A DNA stretch of 64,000 bases from Nemertoderma westbladi (taxonomy: Eukaryota > Animalia > Xenacoelomorpha). Shown here in pieces: positions 51,301 through 58,150 of the stretch. Where the stretch lies: NCBI GenBank assembly GCA_032718475.1, contig JAUCBJ010007300.1:124001-188000 (forward strand), given 5' to 3'. The first letter of the stretch is position 1. Each line of letters opens with the position of its first letter. The position numbers and the translations under genes are program-made. Under the pieces are notes generated by a model. That model worked only from the letters and a program-made list of their open reading frames with translations, ran no database searches and was not told the origin of the DNA.

Positions 51301-52228
51301 CGTCGTTATTGCGCCAGTTACACCGCAGTTATTCTTCAACCTTATAGCGATTTGTTGATATTGACGGAAAGCTGGCCATGTAAGGATTCCAAATATGTAT
51401 CACAATCTGAATTTCGTCGTAAAACAGCAGAGATATGGGCATTCTAAAGTTGCATGGTTTTACACCTTTGCAAGGTTATTTTATTCTATTAAAAAAATAC
51501 ACCATATTCTCGAACATGTTGTTTATCCCATACGTAGGTGGGCAACAATGCAATAACTCTGTAATCGTACTATTGCGTATCATATATAAACAAAGTGTTC
51601 TAGAATATGGATTATTATTTAAATATAATAAAATAGCCTTGCGCAGATGCTAAATCATACAACATTTGAACGCTCATATCTTAGCTATATCGACCTTATT
51701 CAGATTATGATACATATTTGGAATCCGTGCATGGCCAGCTTTCCGTCAATATCAACTATCGCTATAAGGTTGAAGAATAACTGCGGTGTAACTGGCGCAT
51801 TACCGACGGAGACACCTTTTTCAAACGCTTGTAGCTAAAGAATGAAATCGAAAATAAAAATTCTGGCTCACCCAGCAAGGAGGAGGGAGGTGAAACTATC
51901 TCTGTTTCAAATTTCATGCTATCTCATTACGAAAAATTTGGGGGGGGGGGGTCCAGGTACCTCAATAACGACACTATATTCCAGGACATGGTGAACATTT
52001 GTCATGAATAATACGTAAATAATAAGCCTAATACTACAGTTGTAGTTAATATTACTTGTCTCTATGTTTCTCTACTGTGAGTACAGCCTCTGTAAAAATA
52101 TATTTTTTAGGTAGTCTTTGTTGCGATAATAATGGCTGTTTTCTGTAAACCAAAAGTCAATGAAATGGACTACGAAGTGGAGGAACGCATTGAACTAGAT
52201 GAGGATGATGGTTACCTTCATGATCCAG
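184..52228 (+). CDS. Polycystin-1-like (PKD1L/REJ family) gene, partial, 30 spliced exons; REJ-GAIN/GPS-TM1-PLAT-TM2..5
   Basis: Exons have GT-AG borders and compatible phases (4452 nt summed, no stop). Motifs: LTIPERQLDYGLYRFEF, SVDPD, FLWYCRR, GGCFGNGPG, LPTG..YMVNISVEVFDLYGA (REJ); WISDGC..CLCTHL/STF (GPS); WARRKDKSD; YEVAVQTG..AGTKSHV and IWHDNSG..SWYL..FICDSWL (PLAT); DDHIYVSVF..FTRVQRLTCC; LPHWCSYIAW; QPLKV. The exact paralog cannot be assigned by eye. Confidence 0.95.
600..750 (+). CDS. PKD1L exon (REJ)
   Basis: ttttag / gtatgt; DTIIRMTATPF...HYSVDPDQEPGTVH. Confidence 0.88.
1180..1552 (+). mobile_element. Helitron-like non-autonomous repeat, 3' end
   Basis: Hairpin CGGTGC-GCAA-GCACCG (1529-1544) just before CTAG|T (1549-1552). 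Segment ~1205-1325 recurs inverted at ~38346-38530. The 5' end is not defined. Confidence 0.5.
1582..1655 (+). CDS. PKD1L exon (REJ)
   Basis: tttag / gtgagt; GFGNFLWYCRRLLPEKTYNAPSGQ. Confidence 0.85.
2267..2426 (+). CDS. PKD1L exon (REJ)
   Basis: cccag / gtaggt; ...DLGGCFGNGPGRIDLAGGSIEFE. Confidence 0.88.
2545..2678 (+). CDS. PKD1L exon (REJ)
   Basis: cctag / gtgagt; VTMPPHVIYEIMVTFNIEG...LEVVPVKPPQLMI. Confidence 0.88.
3780..4165. repeat. Degenerate ~19-20 bp tandem repeat with ATTCGTAAC core
   Basis: Repeated (a)ttcgtaac(c/t) motif. Confidence 0.7.
4794..4977 (-). repeat. Ngaro B2 repeat (copy of 5284-5467)
   Basis: 184-bp direct repeat, no differences seen by eye. Confidence 0.93.
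5033..5467 (-). repeat. Ngaro abutting A2 and B1 repeats
   Basis: 5033-5285 matches 13694-13949; 5284-5467 matches 4794-4977. Confidence 0.93.
5866..6750 (-). CDS. Tyrosine recombinase (Ngaro ORF3)
   Basis: 294 aa; GFLRVGEF, HSFRIGAAT, GRWSS..F.KYIR; its ATG overlaps the pol TGA (ATGA at 6750-6747). Confidence 0.95.
   Translation of the reverse strand: MIEHSWEETTLNSYTRIWEKLRCFVADVLNIPFVLPLDPTVLGCFIAYLDSQKLSRSTISIHMSAIALPHRLLNIADPTKVFLVTRALIGLGKNNMVGDSRLPITKAILNRMLNAVQVIYQDIYAQYVIKCMFLVAFYGFLRVGEFTPTPGIPRKWILSISDVEWAPNHVTITIRRYKYQKPPYTPVRVHINKNESELAISSVYEYIKLRPSNSKHSKFFIWASGLPIYRPQFIAIMNKVFNFLNLSPNVYKSHSFRIGAATEAACEGLSDAQIRAKGRWSSNAFLKYIRPASI
6747..8450 (-). CDS. Reverse transcriptase and RNase H (Ngaro ORF2)
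   Basis: FRLIHDLS, KTDICSAFR, LEMGASSSC, HILDDFL, FLGIELD; RNase H YTDAA, LELYPI, ADN, SDLLSR. True start uncertain; overlaps gag. Confidence 0.95.
   Translation of the reverse strand: MQLQVHPIKDGEWIGECPHSGIREGTIMRKVVQTVDQSSKLPTPIKWDVLKSYLSGYNPTDFSYLDSGFTDGFRLDYNGPNVSTYTRNSLSAINNPNAVTQKLENEIKAGRMAGPFDDQPFLVCHVNPLSVRPKKTPSEFRLIHDLSAPYNDFSVNSNISNEDSTCTYYHVEDAINIIIELGSGCYLAKTDICSAFRLIPISQLDYHLMCSVWNNKWYYDKCLEMGASSSCKIFERFSSAIQWVGRSKLSIPNLIHILDDFLMAARHKDECRRQLSIFIDFCSKVNIPLASHKTEGPSQTITFLGIELDTNEMVARLPKDKVEKGLDLIKSMKHNKWVTKRDLLAVVGFLNFACQVVIPGRAFLRRLIQLSVTATRMHHRIRFKAWARADLIAWENFLLHYNGCTMFLNRHTTLELYTDAAKMKGYAAIFRNHWFYGEWPPRWKECTNITLLELYPIVMAIHIWGNELKGKRIIFRADNEGLVSILNKKSSKESLIMVLIRKLVILTMKHNILFRSNHVPGVMNVRSDLLSRLQVESFMDITPTANKYPSAIPHHMLPQNSFFDTHR
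8404..9774 (-). CDS. Gag-like protein (Ngaro ORF1)
   Basis: 456 aa; basic then Pro/Thr-rich N-terminus, KIWNHKFIDLASLL, WLLYDEKF, C-terminal Cys/His cluster CHAYH..C..C.YNH.C..C...H....C. Confidence 0.88.
   Translation of the reverse strand: MSQSSKKKSTSMATRLKSKARKTAITSNKVMQTRSKSTPRTTHRPSLINIGDSMPTPPSTSSNAHILGGGPTAPLPSTTTEFTANPQIQQSFPQWNPYMPFYYLQSFPNPNTFSQGQSGHTPITNPYWMGMPPVFPGAIPPGHPVSGLAPPSNMSGLGLTPASTHHTSPPIHAASVITPPTLTAPVGVPVPTTLTLPACPAVSTSNISQVPDTFPAAEQSLSTSLAGECSSFVEVDAYVPLDTKEKIWNHKFIDLASLLSDPVAVKSKRRFPILTSATEHPSQQPTFVFKEDNGVNEITSFEQWLLAWNIFSAFYEDKFPQESRKLKKYPAILKDIKDNGGSWLLYDEKFQRCKQNNPSKYHWGNPIQELAMAATARKTGRMSIPTGYCHAYHKGDKCIYCDYNHTCPNCGGTHRLMKCTQPITDLITKRPFQRSGPSYSGRAAAGAPYQRRGMDR
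11652..13636. mobile_element. Non-autonomous DNA transposon (CCCAG termini, probable EnSpm/CACTA-type) inserted in the Ngaro leader
   Basis: TIR CCCAGTTAAACATGA / TCATGTTTAACTGGG, TT on both flanks, CATATG/CACATG subterminal motifs, no ORF. Confidence 0.75.
13694..13949 (-). repeat. Ngaro A1 repeat
   Basis: ~255-bp copy of 5033-5285 with a few substitutions and a 3-bp indel. Confidence 0.93.
14241..14380 (+). pseudogene. Gypsy-like RNase H remnant
   Basis: RYSVTELEVLA and RLLEYRFTVEWRKGNEHCIP resemble Ty3/Gypsy RNase H motifs, with the middle deleted. Confidence 0.6.
14762..14863 (+). CDS. PKD1L exon (REJ)
   Basis: gacag / gtatgt; CKSGTTCFIEQQ...; phase fits both neighbours. Confidence 0.8.
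16052..16179 (+). CDS. PKD1L exon (REJ)
   Basis: tctag / gtaata; VIATCTNDCGVLEELEYLWKL... Confidence 0.82.
17113..17240 (+). CDS. PKD1L exon (REJ)
   Basis: tacag / gtgagt; ...FELTAFG...IGTSSMLLK. Confidence 0.85.
17479..17665 (+). CDS. PKD1L exon (REJ)
   Basis: ttcag / gtcagt; VNLPP...YDIDCTDNFTDPEGDRLTNYRFI. Confidence 0.88.
18309..18475 (+). CDS. PKD1L exon (REJ)
   Basis: cacag / gtaaat; RLPTGLKRHNYMVNISVEVFDLYGA. Confidence 0.9.
18718..18838 (+). CDS. PKD1L exon
   Basis: tatag / gtttgt; VEMPPLPGG...KYLHE. Confidence 0.82.
20543..20685 (+). CDS. PKD1L exon (GAIN helical region, Thr-rich end)
   Basis: tttag / gtaagt; SARNVSMMASTIAALLN...TTQPPGN; second in-frame donor possible after 20748. 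Confidence 0.82.
20758..22462 (-). mobile_element. Degenerate CR1/L2-like LINE fragment
   Basis: YADDLV near 21560, ARLDALEVYCRDNTLAINLTK, FDYLGVTF, SITYGCEV; many disablements; possible TSD AATGTAAGTATA. Confidence 0.75.
22815..23153 (-). mobile_element. RTE-clade LINE, 3' part of older antisense copy
   Basis: AGHCFRH..PV..LVLWQP.....G.P.TF...LKDTG...M.DRELWR. Confidence 0.85.
23155..25131 (+). mobile_element. RTE-clade LINE, 5'-truncated copy
   Basis: Near-identical to 62984-64000 and 48977-49488. RT motifs NYRGICL, QNGFR, FVDFKKAFDS, GVLQGDTLAP, FADD. Frameshift near 24858 and TGA near 24975. Confidence 0.93.
23278..24867 (+). pseudogene. RTE reverse transcriptase ORF (truncated)
   Basis: 529-aa ORF lacking the endonuclease and ended by a frameshift. 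Confidence 0.88.
25132..25780 (-). mobile_element. RTE-clade LINE, RT part of older antisense copy
   Basis: GILQGDTLAPFLF, DLDFADDL, FCYLGSWI, LFRAAV; collinear with 22815-23153. Confidence 0.88.
25907..26098 (+). CDS. PKD1L exon (GAIN)
   Basis: tgtag / gtggga; ...KRAEFRSQLIDGL...VTGVPDEITVGSQ. Confidence 0.88.
26490..26699 (+). CDS. PKD1L exon (GAIN)
   Basis: tctag / gttaaa; DKLTHML...SMGNILRSV...LSFE. Confidence 0.82.
26864..27040 (+). CDS. PKD1L exon (GAIN)
   Basis: tacag / gtataa; EQLRLV...IKAIGSAINSNK. Confidence 0.82.
29038..31737 (+). pseudogene. EnSpm/CACTA-type transposase with a single in-frame TGA at 30856-30858
   Basis: ORFs 29038-30858 and 30874-31737 share a frame. C2H2-like finger, LYYDDIEIANPIG, GDNPAA..GFKES...FCRSC, HDFHHDMLEG, PKLHYMMH, GPPR.HWAMRFEG. 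Confidence 0.88.
31972..33303 (+). CDS. Transposon accessory protein: Cys-rich zinc-ribbon-like N-terminus, helical domain, 9-aa repeats, basic/acidic tract, C-terminal PWWP-like domain
   Basis: Open 443-aa ORF from ATG 31972; LVFARQMKSKVFWPGRL...WVYFYGSNNYSWV...IVPY.E...F.RG.EQI. Confidence 0.85.
   Translation: MPICAVNGCTEEIEEDFIACPVCRASKDRTSVEELCCGKVVNPKWIQCPRCLKALNVAAGPVEPPSSNRFQIESATSIEKFRTNLKIAMINGKECYISPDSPVAGIITVPVIKIDMNTKIIPHTSIYQKCLLTFVNDFERRNVTNLSSIAASICETYPEFKRKHKSNKSSMYLALQHDYVNSRHNYRNRMKAKDKNPKIIVEGQSGGVGQVAGDKSAEQVAGDKSVEQVAGVKSAEQVAGDKSAEQVAGDKSAEQVAGDKSAEVNVAGTNSIPLLENAAVVQVQMGRKTINTKPLRNQPQRKRKKAIVISSSSEDDVSEMLLFDSSEDDVEEEPEIQMEVQGVKSLVFARQMKSKVFWPGRLDDAPDGCKMPKPKDPSDTFKWVYFYGSNNYSWVKNTPEYIVPYVENRDLLSEPKPSSTNAFLRGTEQINELYNLFMEDNDE
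32598..32772 (+). repeat. 27-bp coding minisatellite (QVAGDKSAE, about 6 copies)
   Basis: CAGGTCGCTGGGGACAAATCTGCGGAA units. Confidence 0.95.
33786..34285. repeat. Subterminal tandem duplications of the CACTA element (~87-bp and ~66-bp units)
   Basis: 33786-33993 and ~34120-34285, each about 2.5 copies. Confidence 0.85.
34586..34850 (+). pseudogene. IS3EU transposase N-terminal remnant
   Basis: YFDLDLCYSELASMLHTNHNIIIS...EVINFISNEIAGSERLHGYRMMH, frameshifted; catalytic part missing. Confidence 0.7.
34850..34970 (-). pseudogene. piggyBac transposase fragment
   Basis: LCMDEQVVPYKGHSHPKQYITNKLHKWRYKIFVL resembles piggyBac DE.MVPFKG...KQY.PNKP.KWG.K. Confidence 0.75.
35052..36730 (-). pseudogene. 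IS3EU second (convergent) gene remnant
   Basis: KFLHEVRG..EEDIDE...MDD..L..YIPKFGDRVA (SAM-like), then frameshifted GDGIRH..FPN....FEVRDF. Confidence 0.6.
37254..37410 (+). CDS. PKD1L exon (GAIN)
   Basis: tttag / gtgagt; AAGEPNTRL...INLPSFDDL. Confidence 0.87.
37954..38094 (+). CDS. PKD1L exon (GAIN)
   Basis: ttcag / gtaaga; IDIQVYVLPKNPFF...SISVNF. Confidence 0.88.
38242..38722. mobile_element. MITE-like element with CTAG ends
   Basis: CTAGAAAGCCAGGAAGCTGGCT / AGCCAGCTTGCTGGCTTTTCTAG inverted ends; interior shared with 1205-1325. Confidence 0.7.
39962..40007 (-). ncRNA. Minimal type I hammerhead ribozyme
   Basis: Minus strand AGCGCTA-CTGAAGA-GGCCT-GAA-AGGCT-GAAA-CGTTG-GTA-TAGCGCT: 7-bp stem I, intact CUGANGA/GAAA core, GUA triplet, very short stem III. 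Confidence 0.82.
40216..40733 (+). mobile_element. 5'-truncated LINE-like 3' end inserted in the palindrome
   Basis: (TAAA)n tail, TATTAG duplicated at 40210-40215 and 40734-40739. Confidence 0.7.
40738..40783 (+). ncRNA. Minimal type I hammerhead ribozyme, core mutated (GAAA to AAAA)
   Basis: AGCGCTA-CTGAAGA-GGCCT-GAT-GGGCC-AAAA-CGTAC-GTA-TAGCGCT. Confidence 0.7.
41139..41274 (+). CDS. PKD1L exon (GAIN)
   Basis: tatag / gtaagt; ISINRANQIIDIHIPR... Confidence 0.87.
41426..41583 (+). CDS. PKD1L exon (GAIN)
   Basis: atcag / gtaata; YSVYLRHSDEPTLTQYD...LP. Confidence 0.87.
42364..42521 (+). CDS. PKD1L exon (GAIN)
   Basis: cctag / gtagaa; YTAFFD...SGIYYVGLR. Confidence 0.85.
42725..42823 (+). 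CDS. PKD1L exon (GPS, first half)
   Basis: tacag / gtaagt; YTTSCQSYD...WISDGCV. Confidence 0.9.
43195..43416 (+). CDS. PKD1L exon (GPS cleavage site and TM1)
   Basis: tttag / gttcga; VGSHTNMDVAECLCTHLSTF...PINF...LLWARRKDKSD. Confidence 0.93.
44234..44451 (+). CDS. PKD1L exon (PLAT)
   Basis: tttag / gttagt; PLLDNDPNDNYYYEVAVQTGMKFNAGTKSHV. Confidence 0.93.
44726..44800 (-). mobile_element. Degenerate tRNA-derived SINE head
   Basis: Minus strand TGGCGTAGATG (A-box-like) and GGGTTTGATCCC (B-box-like); no cloverleaf. Confidence 0.35.
44896..45061 (+). CDS. PKD1L exon (PLAT)
   Basis: tttag / gtatgt; SLGAIKFLHIWHDNSG...FICDSWLAYDRGDG. Confidence 0.94.
45644..45793 (+). CDS. PKD1L exon
   Basis: ttcag / gtacgt; IER...DDHIYVSVFMRPPSSPFTRVQ. 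Confidence 0.94.
46410..46541 (+). CDS. PKD1L exon (TM2)
   Basis: tttag / gttgga; RLTCCLAFV...LLGPIPIPVQQ. Confidence 0.9.
47167..47301 (+). CDS. PKD1L exon (TM3)
   Basis: tatag / gtaagt; FGIGLMSAIMVFPLTTIIIVLFRYSR. Confidence 0.92.
47719..48623. mobile_element. TTAA-flanked non-autonomous DNA transposon (Kolobok-like)
   Basis: TTAA|G-run ... C-run|TTAA; related internal segments at ~50090-50290 and ~52640-52900. Confidence 0.65.
48654..48801 (+). CDS. PKD1L exon (TM4)
   Basis: ttcag / gtagac; FSLPHWCSYIAWVLSILAV...FYAASF. Confidence 0.92.
48977..49545 (+). mobile_element. RTE LINE 3' end (same family as 23155 and 61470 copies)
   Basis: Near-identical to 24618-25131 and continues to a (TAG)n tail. 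Confidence 0.9.
50540..50876. repeat. 13-bp minisatellite with 65-bp higher-order period
   Basis: CCAACTTTACCGA-like monomers; CATGAAC variant at 50658, 50723, 50788. Confidence 0.88.
50949..51061 (+). CDS. PKD1L exon (TM5)
   Basis: tgtag / gtacgc; ...VTSVFTSIFLMQPLK. Confidence 0.9.
51107..51993. mobile_element. Foldback MITE with ~350-bp inverted arms
   Basis: 51107-~51460 is the reverse complement of ~51650-51993. Confidence 0.88.
52111..52228 (+). CDS. PKD1L exon (after TM5)
   Basis: tttag / gttata; VVFVAIIMAVFCKPK...LDEDDGYLHDP. Confidence 0.88.
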
Positions 52229-53339
52229 GTTATAGTTGACACTAAAATAACTTAGTAGTCCGGCAGATATGCCGTTTTATAACTGAACCTTGCATGGGAG
52301 TATATATTAAATGTTTTGGGTGATTTTTGTAGGAAATTGTATTGTGACCAATAATCCGATGATGGATGCTGAGTTTGCATTATTGATAGTTTTGTGTAAT
52401 TTGCAATTTAGAAAATTGTCCACAGCAACAACGGTTAAGACAATACATACAATTCATACCCCTGGCTCTGATGGATCAAATTTCGTAAATATTTATTACT
52501 GCAAAAAATTTTCCTACTGCAGTATAAATTGTGTGTTACTACAGTAAAAATGTACTTCAGTAACGAATATTTATTACTGAGGTAAATAAAAAAATTTTCA
52601 ACTGCAAAATATCAACTGCGGTATATTTATCTACCTCTCGGTCTGTCAAAATCTAAGACAGACATACAGACAACCGACAGACGGCCAAACTACATTCCAC
52701 CAAATATTAAAACAGACACCGGAAATAAAATCAGTGACCCCTAAAACCCCCATAAATATAATTTTAGCTTGGTGGTGTGCTTCCTTCATGTCAGACACTA
52801 TTAACCAACCAGAACCCATAAAAGGTCGTTTTCGCGGGAAGGATAGAAAATACTACTACTCCGCCATTTCTTAACCATTATCCCCATTTTTTGAATGAAA
52901 AATTACAAAAAACAAGGGTTTTTTCAGTTTTTAAAAAGTTCAGTTTTTACAAAATAGCCAATTATCACAAATAGAAAACAAAAATACAAAAAGTGGGTGA
53001 AAAATATGATGAAAATGAACAAGCTGGTTCCAAAAAATGTTGTATCGGAAAATAAGGGAGTAGCCTTTTTAGTGAAATTTTTAAAACAGGGGGCGTCAAA
53101 AAATTTATTTTTCAATTTTTTTATTTACTTTTTATGATTCTCTTTTCGATGGTATTTTGTTTTCTATGCATTTTTCGACCACATTGGAGACATGTACATA
53201 ATAAGAAAAAAAACGTAGAGGAGCGGGGGGGGGGGGGGGGGGGTGGGGTTGCTACCACCAATAGGAGACCCCTGCCAGAATTACGATGCTCGGAGTCCAG
53301 AAAATTACGCTCTCTATATGTATATGTATCTCTTGAAGC

Positions 53340-55740
53340 AACAGTGTAGATGATGTTCTAGAATTTCTTCACCACCACAACATTATGGCCTCCATCGCGC
53401 TACCACGAGGGCAATCGGGCGATTCACTCAATATCAGGCTATCTGTCGATCCAAAAGACTCGGACAAACTAAAACAAACCGGATTCTGGCCTAATGGCAT
53501 TTCGTGTCGCAACTGTGAATTTCATCCAAGATACATCGAGCAGAATCATTGGCATAGAATGGAATGGTATTCCCACGCACCGCACAATACGACAACTTCA
53601 GCAGAATGGGACGGGATTCTAACACAAAACATGTCAACTGGGATAGAACTGAACGGGATTCCCATGCACAACATGACAACAGACATATAATGGAACGGGA
53701 TTCTCACGAACACCCTGCGCATTCCACCGATCGCTGGACGTGCGGTAACATGTATCATGTTTAACATAACTGATAACGAGGAAGGCAGTGAGATCAGTGA
53801 GATAAGATGTGGGACATTCAACACTAATGGATTCTCCAGCAACACAAATTACATCATTAAACAGCTTGGTGAGTGCGATTTCCTGGGATTGCAGGAGCAC
53901 TGGTTAGGTGACCTCGAATGTAAGACCAACCTCCTAAGATTCGATAGCAGATTCGAGTGCGTATATGCAGTCAACAGTCGTATGGAAAATCCAAATCGTA
54001 AATGTGGCGTGGGTGGCGTAGCTCTCCTCTTCAGGAAGAATCTCATGAGGACCTGGTCGCAAGTGAATGGTGGCGATGATATAATCGGAGTTATAGCTAA
54101 CCTGCATCATAGTGAGCAGCCAGTTATGGTGTTGTCGTGTTACACCCCGTACCAATCGAAGGACTTAGAGTTGTACAATAGCTTCATCTGGCGCCTCCGC
54201 CCATTATTAATGCATCAAGCAATCGAGCATATCCTCAACATGAACCCCGAGCCATTCTGCGATCTCCTAGCATCAGTGATAAACATCTCGCTTGAGTTAA
54301 AGCATGTCCCGACAATCTTTGGCTAATCGGTCGTCTCCACTATCTACATAGGGAAGCAGTGGGACATCTTTAACACCGGATCATACAGACTAATAGCATC
54401 TATCAGTATTTGGGCGAAGGTGTTTGAACGCATCATCCCTCACCAACTTTCTTTGTTAATATTAAACTTCATGACAACCAAACTGCTTATCGGAATAGGA
54501 TTGGGTGCGACAATGCGATCTCAACTGTTCTAGAATGTTTGAAGAACAAATTAACGAGAAACTCGCTGCTCTAAGTTTGCCAGTTGGACATCGAGTCAGC
54601 ATTCAATGTGGTTGATTATGATGTTCTTGGGAAAAAGATGCTAGAGTATGTCAACCCGCACATCATAGAAACTGTGCTCAACTACCTTACCATCAGCACG
54701 GTGTTCCTCAACTTTGATGAATTTATTGACGAGGAAGGTATCTCTGTATCCCAGGGAGTCAAACAGGGGTCCTTATTATCTCCGATGCTGTTCAAGCTGT
54801 ACACCCATAGCATGCTAGATGACATGGAGAAATCCAACATTGGCTCTTTCATTGAATCTACCTGGCTGGGGTCCATAACCTACGCGGATGACATCCTGCT
54901 CATGCCTAACAACCCAAAAGACATGGAAATGTTGTTCTCAACATTCTGTGAACAAAATCAACTGGACCATTTTCTCGAGACAGAGCAATTATCACCTACC
55001 GACATTTCTCCATATCGGCGATCACCTCATTACCCGTTGCAAATCGTGGACTTTCTTGGGTTACAATCTGGCTCAGGTGCAAAAAAAACCCCTGGGCACC
55101 ACATCCCAGAAGATAGTCACCCTCATGCGGACGTTTCAGGCGAAGGGCTGGACGTCCCTGTGGCTGCCGGTGTCAACCATTGCCAACCTGTGGCGCACTA
55201 TCACCCTACCAGTGGTGCTCTACTTACTAAAGCTGAACATCGGCGCCCTTAATCAACGTGATCTGGATAAGCTCAATGTGGTGTACAGGATCGCCATCAG
55301 GAGTCTGCTCTATGTTGGGTCGTACATTGGGAACTTCACACTTTACCACCTAACCCAGCTGAAACCTATCACGCTGGAGGCTTTCCGGCTATCAGTGGGT
55401 ACTCTCATGCGGTTCAATGAGTGCCCAAACAAAGCCCTCCAGAGTGCCTTTGCTTCCCTAGCAATTGGCAGCCTGTCTGGAAAACGGGGAGAGGCTCCTA
55501 CCCAGGGGTCCTCTGCGGGTACAGAGCCACCTCCACCATGGACCCACTACCACGGCGCGATTCAGTGTTAATGTACTGCTATGCTAAGAATTCTATCATG
55601 GACAGGTTGGCCTTCGGATCTCCAACTGCTGTAGACGTAGCCAACGCGGCGTTCATTTCGGCTTGCTTCGATCTACAAACGTTATCATTGACTGACAAAA
55701 GGAACCGAATCAAAGATTATTTCTGCATCATCTAATTTTC
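53340..55740 (+). mobile_element. Degenerate CR1/L2-like LINE (ORF1 end, APE endonuclease, RT)
   Basis: FWPNGISCR; TFNTNG..LGLQEHWL..GGVALL; LDIESAF, GVKQGSLLSPMLF, YADDI; deletions and frameshifts. Confidence 0.85.
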
Positions 55741-56099
55741 AAGAACAATAATTGAGCTTTTCTGTCTTTTTTTTTCTTCTCAATAATTGAGTGCCCTATT
55801 TTATATATGATCACAGATAGCCTCAGTGGATAGTTCTTTTTATGTATTTTACAGCGGGGCCACAGAGGGTCAGAGTAAAACGCGGATCCGGATCCAGATT
55901 CTATCATTGTCCCTATGGAAGTCGACTGAATTTACATTTTTTGGGTGTAATCTGCGGATCCGCGCAATGCTAAATTTACCGAATCCGGAACCGAGTGTAA
56001 AATGCGGATTGGCTTTTTTTTCAGATCCGGAACATAGTGTAAAGTGCGGATTCATGTTTTAGGCTAAATCCTGAACGGAGTTTAAAACGCAGATTCATA

Positions 56100-58150
56100 T
56101 TTCTACTGAATCCGGGATTGGGTGTAAAATACGGATTCAGGTTTATTACAAAGTTTTATTGGATCCAGGAAGGGGTGTAAAATGCGGATTCAAGTTAATT
56201 ACCATGTTTTAATGGATCCGGGAAGGGATGTAAAACACGGATTCTAGTTAATTACAAAGTTTTATTGGATCCGAGAAGGGGTGTAAAACACGGATTTACG
56301 TTAATTACCAAGTTTTATTGGATCCGGAATGGAGTGTAAAACACGGATTTACGTTAATTAACAAGTTTTATTGGATCCAGAATGGAGTGTAAAACACGGA
56401 TTTACGTTAATTACCAAGTTTTATTGGATCCGGTTAATTCTAAGTTTTATTGGATCCGGAATGGAGTGTAAAACACGGATTTACGTTAATTACTAAGTTT
56501 TATTGGATCCGGAATGGAGTGTAAAACACGGATTTACGTTAATTACCAAGTTTTATTGGATCCGGAATGGAGTGTAAAACACGGATTTACGTTAATTACC
56601 AAGTTTTATTGGATCCGGAATGGAGTGTAAAACACGGATTTATGTTAATTACCAAGTTTTATTGGATCCGGAACGGAGTGTAAAACACCAATTTACGTTA
56701 ATTACCAAGTTTTATTGGATCCGGAATGGAGTGGAAAACACGGATTTTCGTTAATTACCAAGTTTTGTGGATCCGGAATGGAGTGTAAAACACGGATTTT
56801 CGTTAATTACCAAGTTTTGTTGGATCCGCAATGGAGTGTAAAACACGGATTACGTTAATTACCAAGTTTGATTGGATCCGGAATGGAGTGTAAAACACGG
56901 ATTTACGTTAATTACCAAGTTTTATTGGATCCGGAATCGAGTGTAAAACACGGATTTACATTAATTACCAAGTTTTATTGGATCCGGAACGGAGTGTAAA
57001 GCACGGATTTACGTTAATTACCAAGTTTTATTGGATCCGGTTAATTCTAAGTTTTATTGGATCCGGAATGGAGTGTAAAACACGGATTTACGTTAATTAC
57101 TAAGTTTTATTGGATCCGGAATGGAGTGTAAAACACGGATTTACGTTAATTACCAAGTTTTATTGGATCCGGAATGGAGTGTAAAACACGGATTTTCGTT
57201 AATTACCAAGTTTTGTTGATCCGGAATGGAGTGTAAAACACGGATTTTCGATAATTACCAAGTTTTGTTGGATCCGGAATGGAGTGTAAAACACGGATTT
57301 ACGTTAATTACCAAGTTTTATTGGATCCGGAATGGAGTGTAAAACACGGATTTACGTTAATTACCAAGTTTTATTGGATCCGGAATGGAGTGTAAAACAC
57401 GGATTTACGTTAATTACCAAGTTTTATTGGATCCGGAATGGAGTGTAAATCACGGATTTACGTTAATTACCAAGTTTTATTGGATCCGGAACGGAGTTTA
57501 AAACACGGATTTACGTTAATTACCAAGTTTTATTGGATCCGGAATGGAGTGTAAAACACGGATTTTCGTTAATTACCAAGTTTTGTTGGATCCGGAATGG
57601 AGTTTAAAACACGGATTTACGTTAATTATCAAGTTTTATTGGATCTGGAATGGAGTATAAAACACGGATTTACATTAATTACAAATTTTTATTGGATCCG
57701 GAATGGAGTGTAAGACACGGATTTACGTTAATTACCAAGTTTTATTGGATCCGGAACGGAGTGTAAAACACGGATTTACATTAATTACCAAGTTTTATTG
57801 GATCCGGGAAGGGGTGTAAAACACGGATTTACGTTAATTACCAATTTTTATTGGATCCGGAATGGAGTGTAAAACACGGATTTACGTTAATTACCAAGTT
57901 TTATTGGATCCGGAATGGAGTGTAAAACACGGATTTACGTTAATTACCAATTTTTATTGGATCCGGAATGGAGTGTAAAACACGGATTTACGTTAATTAC
58001 CAAGTTTTATTGGATCCGGAACGGAGTGTAAAGCACGGATTTACGTTAATTCCCAAGTTTTATTGGATCCGGGAAGGGGTGTAAAACGCGGATTCAAATT
58101 AGTTTCCATCCGGAAAAGGGTGTAATACACGGATTCAAGTTAATTAGTAA
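56100..58150 (+). repeat. 53-bp tandem array (roughly 38 units)
   Basis: TTTTATTGGATCCGGAATGGAGTGTAAAACACGGATTTACGTTAATTACCAAG. Confidence 0.95.

Noticed and set aside
55855-55868. Possible PKD1L micro-exon after TTTTACAG
   Set aside because: Weak donor, no recognisable peptide, and it lies at the edge of a repeat element.
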